Shown here one piece after another: positions 1-4,649 of a stretch of DNA of 4,675 bases. Positions within the stretch are counted from its first letter, which is position 1; each line of letters starts with the position of its first letter. Origin of the DNA: a virus (Duplodnaviria > Heunggongvirae > Uroviricota > Caudoviricetes); IMG/VR virus record IMGVR_UViG_2663763286_000001, positions 1 to 4,675 of that record; one strand, written 5' to 3'. Below the pieces are notes generated by a model. That model saw only the letters and a list, made by a program, of their open reading frames with translations. It searched no databases and had not been told where the DNA came from. The position numbers and the translations under genes are program-made.

Positions 1-161
1 TAACGTGGGTGGACTGGTATAACAATCGACGATTGCTGGAAAGGCTGGGCCATATTCCTCCGGCAGAAGCAGAAAAAGCTTATTATGCTTCCATCGGAAA
101 TAATGATCTGGCAGCCTGAGTTCACAGATAAAATACTCTCCAGGAAACCCGGGGCGGTTCA
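1..161 (+). mobile_element. IS3-family insertion sequence (IS629/IS1203-like), right end; element continues beyond the window start
   Basis: Transposase reading frame ends at 119, followed by a terminal repeat 122..161 whose reverse complement reads TGAACCGCCCCGGGTTTCCTGGAGAG..., matching from memory the IS629/IS3411-type terminal inverted repeat. The element ends ...GGTTCA (CA-3'), as IS3-family ends do. The left end is outside the window, so the repeat pair cannot be confirmed. Confidence 0.6.
3..119 (+). CDS. Transposase OrfB C-terminal fragment (rve/DDE integrase-core type), 5'-truncated by the window edge
   Basis: Frame 3 translates to TWVDWYNNRRLLERLGHIPPAEAEKAYYASIGNNDLAA*. The YNxRR...LG...PAE pattern is typical of the C-terminus of rve-domain transposases, and a terminal inverted repeat follows directly. 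Confidence 0.55.
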   Translation, partial: TWVDWYNNRRLLERLGHIPPAEAEKAYYASIGNNDLAA

Positions 162-198
162 AATAAATGCCACCGCTATTGCAACTCCTACAGCGGTG
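162..198 (-). terminator. Putative intrinsic terminator downstream of the DUF551 gene
   Basis: Inverted repeat CACCGCT (171..177) / AGCGGTG (192..198) with a 14-nt loop; on the minus-strand RNA it is followed by GCAUUUAUUUG. The loop is long and the U-tract is interrupted, so this is weak. The IS end abuts it at 161. Confidence 0.3.
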
Positions 199-217
199 AA
201 TGCTTCAGGCCAATTCA

Positions 218-721
218 TCACTTCACCTCCTGCGGCGGTTCCGGTAGCGGCATCCAGTGGGTTACCTCTTTGAGATACAGGTCTTCGCCATCACCGTCAT
301 CCCAAGTGGGATTGCCATCATTAAACCAGTCGCCATATACGCCGACCTGAGTGTTGGGGATGTTTGGCGGGTAGTTGTTTTTAAAGTCAGCCGCTAACAC
401 ATAGCATTGTCGCTCTCCCATTTCTGGCATTTGCTCACTACAGCTTATCCAACCATCCGGAGTTACCGGAACTGGCGGCGCGGCATATAGTGGTTTAGGT
501 GATATCTCCGCACGTTTTGCGTATGCTTCAACTGTGTCAGGATTAAACAGGATTATGTTTTCGCCGCATTCCCACGCTATTGGTTTTGCTTCCAGCGATG
601 CCAGAGCAATTCGTGCCAGTTCTTCCGCTTCTTCTGCTGGCAGTACAACGTTGCTACCAGGTCCGTATGTTTCGCGCCACTGCTTGATTGTCAGTAGTCG
701 CTCTTTGGTTATAGTGGTCAT
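218..721 (-). CDS. Phage DUF551-domain protein (167 aa)
   Basis: Intact ORF ending in a double stop (TGATGA). The C-terminal half (PDGWISCSEQMPE...GVYGDWFNDGNPTWDDGDGE...THWMPLPEPP) fits my recollection of DUF551 proteins of lambdoid prophages. Its ATG overlaps the upstream stop as ATGA. Confidence 0.8.
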   Translation of the reverse strand: MTTITKERLLTIKQWRETYGPGSNVVLPAEEAEELARIALASLEAKPIAWECGENIILFNPDTVEAYAKRAEISPKPLYAAPPVPVTPDGWISCSEQMPEMGERQCYVLAADFKNNYPPNIPNTQVGVYGDWFNDGNPTWDDGDGEDLYLKEVTHWMPLPEPPQEVK

Positions 722-927
722 TTGTTAACACTCAAAACTTTATGCCCGGGCGCAAAAGCACGTGTTTTGTCTTTGCTTATTCGCCAGCCATCCTTACGCG
801 CCTCTTTTGCACAACCAGCCCATGACGTACCGATATACTCTCCGAAGTCTGGCACTTGATATACACCTTCCGTACACTGGCGGCAGTCACAATAGAGATG
901 CATGGTGTAACTTGCGGCAATAGCCAT
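718..927 (-). CDS. Small Cys-containing hypothetical protein (69 aa; MAIAASYTMHLYCDCRQCTEG...)
   Basis: ATG at 927 is preceded by AAGGAGAG with a 4-nt spacer. Cys at positions 13, 15, 18 and 39 (CxCxxC...C). Stop overlaps the DUF551 start (ATGA). The 93-aa version in the track is an upstream extension with no ribosome-binding site that would overlap the neighbouring gene. Confidence 0.65.
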   Translation of the reverse strand: MAIAASYTMHLYCDCRQCTEGVYQVPDFGEYIGTSWAGCAKEARKDGWRISKDKTRAFAPGHKVLSVNK

Positions 928-928
928 A

Positions 929-1117
929 TCACTCTCCTTTAGTACGCAAGTGGTTTTTCCAGCGGTTTTGCGCCGCGCTGGGCTTTTTGCAAAAACCACA
1001 ATCCATCATCCCGTAATGTTTCATTAACCCCATCCGTCGGTTGCTGAGTCTCACCCACTGCCAGACGCCAGGAGCGTTTCTACGAACTAACAGAATCTTT
1101 GCTTTACGGTTTTTCAT
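929..1117 (-). CDS. Small basic hypothetical protein with a CxxC motif (62 aa; MKNRKAKILLVRR...)
   Basis: ATG at 1117 is preceded by CAGGAGAG with a 7-nt spacer. Its stop lies 1 nt before the next gene's ATG. The frame stays open upstream to 1276 (115-aa version adding a second CxxC), but that extension has no start codon with usable Shine-Dalgarno spacing. Confidence 0.6.
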   Translation of the reverse strand: MKNRKAKILLVRRNAPGVWQWVRLSNRRMGLMKHYGMMDCGFCKKPSAAQNRWKNHLRTKGE

Positions 1118-1269
1118 CGTTTTGCTCTCCTGCGTCTCTTTGCTGCTCGTCGTGCCGCTGCAATACCGGTATGGCGGCGCTTTGGTGTCGGGATGATGTT
1201 CTTTGCAATTAGCGCAGAAGCCCAAAAACGAGTCGGATACGGTAACAAGCCGAGACATGCCACACGCAT
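1114..1269 (-). CDS. Possible Arg-rich 51-aa ORF (MRVACLGLLPYPTRFW...RRAAKRRRRAKR), alternative frame to the extension of the 929..1117 gene
   Basis: Best ribosome-binding site in the window (AGGAGGTGA, 6-nt spacer, ATG). Start overlaps the upstream stop (TAATG) and stop overlaps the downstream start (ATGA). The low-complexity Arg/Ala-rich C-terminus and rare Arg codons argue against it being a real protein. Confidence 0.3.
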   Translation of the reverse strand: MRVACLGLLPYPTRFWASALIAKNIIPTPKRRHTGIAAARRAAKRRRRAKR

Positions 1270-1718
1270 TACTCACCTCCTTTGATGCGAATGCCAGCGG
1301 CGCGTAATGCGTGTTCTAGGTCAATCAGGTAAAGCCAACTGCCATTTTCTTTAGGTATCATGACTTGTCGCTCATCTGCATTTATCGGGTGTCCATATCG
1401 AAGGTCGTAGAGAGTCGGTAATTGAACTTCCCGCGCTTCCAGTTCAGCAATACGCTTGCACCCATCAGAGATAACTCCCTCGTAATACTCGCGCTGCTCG
1501 TTGAGTTTTGATTTTGTCTCCTCAAGCTCAACGCGCAGCTTCCCTACCGTTAGCGCAATATCCTCGTTCTCCTGGTCGCGGCGGTAGAGGCTACAATAGC
1601 TGCTGAAGCATGCACTTGTTGGATATTCACCAACAATGCCGCGACAAAAATCATCTTCTTCACTTGTCAGCTCCTTTGCGAATCTGTTCCGCCCATTCTT
1701 CAAGGGATTTCTCCGCAT
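1269..1718 (-). CDS. Hypothetical phage protein (about 144-161 aa depending on start; ...WLYLIDLEHALRAAGIRIKGGE)
   Basis: Long minus-strand ORF. The only canonical in-frame start codons with meaningful length lie inside the upstream gene: ATG at 1754, ATG at 1718 (GGTGA only 2 nt upstream), TTG at 1703 (GGAGA with a 6-nt spacer). The reported start is provisional. Possibly Ea22-like by position; no motif recognised. Confidence 0.6.
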   Translation of the reverse strand: MRRNPLKNGRNRFAKELTSEEDDFCRGIVGEYPTSACFSSYCSLYRRDQENEDIALTVGKLRVELEETKSKLNEQREYYEGVISDGCKRIAELEAREVQLPTLYDLRYGHPINADERQVMIPKENGSWLYLIDLEHALRAAGIRIKGGE

Positions 1719-2274
1719 ATTCACCGGACAGGCCATCAATCGGGTACGGTTCATTAGCCAACTCTTCTTTCGCTGACAGAATCATGCGCGTAACGTCGAA
1801 AACTTCACGCAAAGACTTATTGATAAATCCGTGATTGAACGCAGCAGCAAGACGGCTGGCGGTATAGTTAATACCCTCGTTGCGTGCTTCCGCACGAATT
1901 TCAGCCAGAAAAGCATCGGTAGCTGGAGTTTCGCTGTGGTGTAGGGCATCGTTGATAATCATTGCAGCAACTCCGGCCTGCCCTGCATCCGTGACCGACA
2001 CATGATCAAGAGTTACAGCTATTGCGTGTTTCAGCCCGGCGTTCTCCGCCGCCAGCGCTGAAAACTTCTCGTGTGCCAACTTAACAGCCGAATCAGCCTG
2101 CTTAATTGACTCAATCGCTTTCTGCTGGTCTTCGGACAGAGCCGAAATCTTGGCCTCCGCTTCAGCAAATTTACGCACAAGATATTCAGCGTTTGTTTCG
2201 TTAACCTTTAAATCACATGGGATGCATTTACCTTTCAGAAATCCATCCATCTCAATTAGTGTCATTTGTTTCAT
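1660..2274 (-). CDS. Hypothetical mildly acidic, Ala/Glu-rich phage protein (204 aa from [12 protein letters not shown]...)
   Basis: Long ORF whose ATG at 2274 overlaps the upstream stop (ATGA). Composition suggests helical/coiled-coil regions (inference). Alternative starts are GTG at 2292 and ATG at 2265. Confidence 0.7.
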   Translation of the reverse strand: MKQMTLIEMDGFLKGKCIPCDLKVNETNAEYLVRKFAEAEAKISALSEDQQKAIESIKQADSAVKLAHEKFSALAAENAGLKHAIAVTLDHVSVTDAGQAGVAAMIINDALHHSETPATDAFLAEIRAEARNEGINYTASRLAAAFNHGFINKSLREVFDVTRMILSAKEELANEPYPIDGLSGEYAEKSLEEWAEQIRKGADK

Positions 2275-2435
2275 TTCTTCCCACTCCGCCACATCGCATT
2301 CAGATATTTGTTATCATTAACAGAGCAGAAACTCTTTCTCTTAAGCAATTCCTCTCTCGATGGCATTGGCTTTACGCGTTGGCGAATAATCATTTCTGCC
2401 GGAAGAATGCCGGGATTGTATGCAAGTCCTCTCAT
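2271..2435 (-). CDS. Small hypothetical protein (54 aa; [34 protein letters not shown]...)
   Basis: ATG at 2435 is preceded by TGAGGAA with a 6-nt spacer, where TGA is the upstream gene's stop. Its own stop overlaps the next ATG (ATGA). The track's 65-aa version from 2468 has no Shine-Dalgarno sequence and overlaps the upstream gene. Confidence 0.5.
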   Translation of the reverse strand: MRGLAYNPGILPAEMIIRQRVKPMPSREELLKRKSFCSVNDNKYLNAMWRSGKK

Positions 2436-2445
2436 GGTAAATTCC

Positions 2446-2742
2446 TCAGTTATTACTGATAGCGCCATAGCGTGAGCGGTAATTACGCAGGCGCGGGTCG
2501 ATATATTCAGGGAATTTGTCTATTGTCGCTTTTCGCAACGGTCTCATTGCTGTTTCGTTTGTTCGGTCCTTCTCCTGTTTTAGCGCGAGTTGTATATCGC
2601 GTCGGTACATCCGTTCTGCTTTTGTTTCTGGTGTCAGAGCAAGAAACGCGTCGAAATTGTTTTTGATATTTCCCAGCACCTCCGCCTTGGAGCTACCGGA
2701 GCAGTTGCGCGGGTCATCCGCACCATACAGAGGCGCTGGCAT
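2446..2742 (-). CDS. Hypothetical phage protein (98 aa; [51 protein letters not shown]...)
   Basis: ORF beginning 23 nt downstream of the DUF669 stop, with a weak AAGG about 9-10 nt upstream. Same strand and tight spacing as its neighbours. No recognisable motif. Confidence 0.65.
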   Translation of the reverse strand: MPAPLYGADDPRNCSGSSKAEVLGNIKNNFDAFLALTPETKAERMYRRDIQLALKQEKDRTNETAMRPLRKATIDKFPEYIDPRLRNYRSRYGAISNN

Positions 2743-2765
2743 AATGGGAGCCTTATTTTCAGTAA

Positions 2766-3353
2766 TCAGAAAGGAGGGTAATCGTTCTGGCTGTAACCAT
2801 AATCATCTGCATGATTATGGCTTACGTTTTTAGAGCGATTGTCTTTATCTTTGAGGCTGGCAACCATGTTGGCGATAGTTTCTGGTTGCTTGCCTTCTGC
2901 CTTTTCTTTAAGGGTTTGACCTGTTTGTGCAATAAACGGGATGCGTATTTCCATCTGGTAGCTGTCTGCGCCAGTCTTTTTGTTTGTGGTTAATACTTTC
3001 TGGAGCACTAACCCGATTTTCTTTCCATGAAATTCAGGTGCAACAAATTTACTGGCGGAAACCATATGTTGCGTTAATTGTCCAATCCCGGCACACCCCA
3101 TCATGGCGTGAACGACATTTGCGCCAAATTTGTTTTCCGTGCCGTCATTTTTCTGAACACAGACGCTAAGATACTGGATTTTACGTCCGTCGTCGGATTC
3201 TCCAGAAAACTCAATAAATTTGGCTCCTTTTTCTGATTGCTTGAGTTCTGCTTCAGTAATGGTAATTATGTAAGCGCCAGTTTCGTTAATAAAACCACCT
3301 TGCCCTGCGGTCAGTGCTGCTTCTTCGTTATAAGTAAAAATTACGTTGCTCAT
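2766..3353 (-). CDS. DUF669-like phage protein (195 aa), the usual partner of Sak4-type recombinases; possible ssDNA-binding role
   Basis: Start overlaps the Sak4 stop (ATGA), with AAGGA upstream. Size, position directly after a Sak4-like ATPase, and N-terminal sequence (MSNVIFTYNEEAALTAGQGGFINETGAYIITITEAEL...) fit my recollection of DUF669. The domain assignment is not verified. Confidence 0.7.
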   Translation of the reverse strand: MSNVIFTYNEEAALTAGQGGFINETGAYIITITEAELKQSEKGAKFIEFSGESDDGRKIQYLSVCVQKNDGTENKFGANVVHAMMGCAGIGQLTQHMVSASKFVAPEFHGKKIGLVLQKVLTTNKKTGADSYQMEIRIPFIAQTGQTLKEKAEGKQPETIANMVASLKDKDNRSKNVSHNHADDYGYSQNDYPPF

Positions 3354-4030
3354 GCGGCGTTTTCCTTAATTTGATGAACATTATTGATGCCGTAGTAATC
3401 ACAAACAGTGGCATCGACGAAAGAGAGATCGTTATCAATCTCATTGGAATCAAACATTCCCATTGGGGATTTAACAGTGTCTGCACCGTTGTTTTTCGTG
3501 GTGAAAAAGAACTGGTCATCGCGGGTAAGAGTGCGAAGAACTATAGTAAACATGCCTTCGACAGTGATTTTCTCGTCCAGCATTTTGCCGATAGTCTTCA
3601 TTTTCACGCGCCCCATAGGGGTTTCTTCGGTGTGCGCAAGAAAATAGACTCTCAGGTCATCAGGCGCATCCTGTGCAGCCTTAATGACCTCCCATGCGTG
3701 GCGGCCTATCTCAGTAAATTTATCAAACGATTTTTCTTCTGAGCGGCGCATAAACTCATTGCTCATCACATACTGGAAGTCATCAACAATAACGATTCTT
3801 TTCCCGTATTCGTGAGCACGCTTAATTACGGCAACTATTACGCCCCATTTGTCAGTGGTAACTACGGTTCCTTTTTTTGCTCTGGCATCCCATGCAAGCC
3901 AGTCTTTTGATTTAAATGGTAGCGGCTTGCCTATTGGTTTTATAAGTATTGCTTCCTCTGGATTGATATTTCTCATGCTGGTTGATTTTCCGGTGCCAGA
4001 CTCACCGAGTATTAATATCGCAGTTCCCAT
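3350..4030 (-). CDS. Sak4-like core-only RecA-family ATPase (AAA_24-type), 226 aa; phage recombination/ssDNA-annealing module
   Basis: Walker A motif GESGTGKST at residues 9-17 and Walker B-like RIVIVDD. The roughly 220-aa size is typical of phage Sak4. GGTGA lies 3 nt upstream of the ATG. It sits where lambda carries bet/exo. Confidence 0.85.
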   Translation of the reverse strand: MGTAILILGESGTGKSTSMRNINPEEAILIKPIGKPLPFKSKDWLAWDARAKKGTVVTTDKWGVIVAVIKRAHEYGKRIVIVDDFQYVMSNEFMRRSEEKSFDKFTEIGRHAWEVIKAAQDAPDDLRVYFLAHTEETPMGRVKMKTIGKMLDEKITVEGMFTIVLRTLTRDDQFFFTTKNNGADTVKSPMGMFDSNEIDNDLSFVDATVCDYYGINNVHQIKENAA

Positions 4031-4038
4031 AATTCACC

Positions 4039-4227
4039 TCAGAATGGTAATTCGGATGGGGAGGAAAGAAATTCGCGCTCATTCATGCGCTCTCTTTGTG
4101 CCAGCCATAAGCAAAGTTGTTTCTTTGATTTATCTCCCGCTTTACGCCAGTAACGAGCCTCAGCAATGTGATACTCTCTTTTTAATCGACTTAACTCTGG
4201 AGTTTTCGCCAGTTCTACCGGGATCAT
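4039..4227 (-). CDS. Hypothetical small protein in the gam position (62 aa from MIPVELAKTPELSRLKREYHIAEARYWRK...; 66 aa if started at 4239)
   Basis: ATG at 4227 overlaps the kil stop (ATGA) and is preceded by GGAGG with a 5-nt spacer. The alternative ATG at 4239 lies inside kil and has no Shine-Dalgarno sequence. The protein is unlike lambda Gam as I recall it. Confidence 0.6.
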   Translation of the reverse strand: MIPVELAKTPELSRLKREYHIAEARYWRKAGDKSKKQLCLWLAQRERMNEREFLSSPSELPF

Positions 4228-4337
4228 TTTGACCTCCATTTTCTGTAGGCTTCGACGGCCTCACGAAACATCTTTTCATCGCCAATAAAAGTGGCGATAG
4301 TGAATTTAGTCTGGATAGCCATAAGTGTTTTATCCAT
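4224..4337 (-). CDS. kil: Kil, host cell-division (FtsZ) inhibitor homolog, 37 aa
   Basis: Translation MDKTLMAIQTKFTIATFIGDEKMFREAVEAYRKWRSK is near-identical over about 33 residues to lambda Kil as I recall it (MDQTLMAIQTKFTIATFIGDEKMFREAVDAYKKW...). AGGAG lies 9 nt upstream. The start overlaps the cIII stop by 8 nt, as in lambda. Confidence 0.85.
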   Translation of the reverse strand: MDKTLMAIQTKFTIATFIGDEKMFREAVEAYRKWRSK

Positions 4338-4470
4338 TTTTGGGAACTCCTGGCTGATTAAGTACGTCGATGAGTCGCTTCCATCCGTCACGTAATTTAC
4401 GGGTGATTCGTTCAAGTAAAGATTCGGAAGGGCAGCCAGCAACAGGCCACCCTGCAATGGCATATTGCAT
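4330..4470 (-). CDS. cIII: CIII, FtsH (HflB) protease inhibitor that stabilises CII, 46 aa
   Basis: Translation MQYAIAGWPVAGCPSESLLERITRKLRDGWKRLIDVLNQPGVPKNG matches lambda CIII residues 1-46 with one substitution (I35V), from memory. The ribosome-binding region TAAATAAGGAGCACACCATG matches the lambda cIII leader. The track's longer ORF is an upstream extension that runs through the terminator hairpins. Confidence 0.9.
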   Translation of the reverse strand: MQYAIAGWPVAGCPSESLLERITRKLRDGWKRLIDVLNQPGVPKNG

Positions 4471-4495
4471 GGTGTGCTCCTTATTTATACATAAC
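4471..4495 (-). promoter_or_regulatory. cIII translation-initiation leader (Shine-Dalgarno AGGAG plus upstream AU-rich tract)
   Basis: Minus-strand sequence UUCGUUAUGUAUAAAUAAGGAGCACACC-AUG is essentially the lambda cIII leader. In lambda this region is known to be subject to RNase III and alternative-structure control; applying that here is by homology. Confidence 0.5.
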
Positions 4496-4517
4496 GAAAA
4501 ACGCCTCGAGTGAAGCG
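4496..4517 (-). terminator. Intrinsic terminator-like hairpin plus U5 just upstream of cIII (tL1-like position)
   Basis: Minus-strand RNA CGCUUC-ACUC-GAGGCG (6-bp stem including one G-U pair, 4-nt loop) followed by UUUUUCG. Confidence 0.5.
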
Positions 4518-4530
4518 TTATTGGTATGCA

Positions 4531-4559
4531 TATAAAAAGGCCCTCACGCACTGGAGGGC
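4531..4559 (-). terminator. Second intrinsic terminator-like hairpin plus U-tract, in tandem with the first
   Basis: Minus-strand RNA GCCCUC-CAGUGCGU-GAGGGC (6-bp GC-rich stem, 8-nt loop) followed by CUUUUUAUAU. Confidence 0.5.
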
Positions 4560-4621
4560 AAAGAAGATTTCCAATAATCAGAACAAGTCGGCTCCTGTTT
4601 AGTTACGAGCGACATTGCTCC

Positions 4622-4649
4622 GTGTATTCACTCGTTGGAATGAATACAC
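4622..4649. repeat. Perfect 9-bp inverted repeat GTGTATTCA-(10 nt)-TGAATACAC
   Basis: Seen directly in the sequence. There is no adjacent T-tract on either strand, so it is not a canonical terminator. It may lie within the 3' end of an upstream minus-strand gene that is cut off by the window edge. Confidence 0.4.

Noticed and set aside
85-273. Plus-strand 62-aa ORF spanning the IS end and flanking DNA
   Set aside because: It starts inside the transposase 3' end in another frame, crosses the IS terminal repeat and the hairpin, and has no ribosome-binding site; spurious.
718-999. 93-aa N-terminally extended version of the Cys-containing ORF
   Set aside because: The extension overlaps the upstream gene by about 70 nt and has no Shine-Dalgarno sequence, whereas the internal ATG at 927 has AAGGAG at ideal spacing.
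534-1834. Plus-strand ORFs 534..728 and 1610..1834
   Set aside because: Antisense to the DUF551 gene and to the 204-aa/149-aa genes respectively; no start signals; shadow ORFs.
3328-3519. Minus-strand 63-aa ORF in an alternative frame inside the 3' end of the Sak4 gene
   Set aside because: Wholly nested out-of-frame within the Sak4 coding region, with no start signal.
2217-4232. Multiple plus-strand ORFs of 60-127 aa (2217..2459, 2266..2475, 2472..2666, 2516..2833, 2590..2781, 2811..2993, 2984..3169, 3371..3742, 3408..3647, 3849..4232)
   Set aside because: All lie antisense within well-supported, translationally coupled minus-strand genes (Sak4, DUF669 and neighbours), lack convincing Shine-Dalgarno sequences, and have odd compositions. 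Treated as shadow ORFs.
4224-4551. Extended track ORFs 4224..4463 (79 aa) and 4330..4551 (73 aa)
   Set aside because: These are upstream extensions of kil and cIII. The true starts are fixed by identity to lambda Kil and CIII and by their ribosome-binding sites; the cIII extension would read through the terminator hairpins.
4540-4559. Possible nutL boxB hairpin
   Set aside because: The stem GCCCTC/GAGGGC resembles the boxB stem, but the 8-nt loop ACGCACTG is not the purine-rich GAAGA/GAAAA pentaloop, and a U-tract follows. A terminator is the better explanation.
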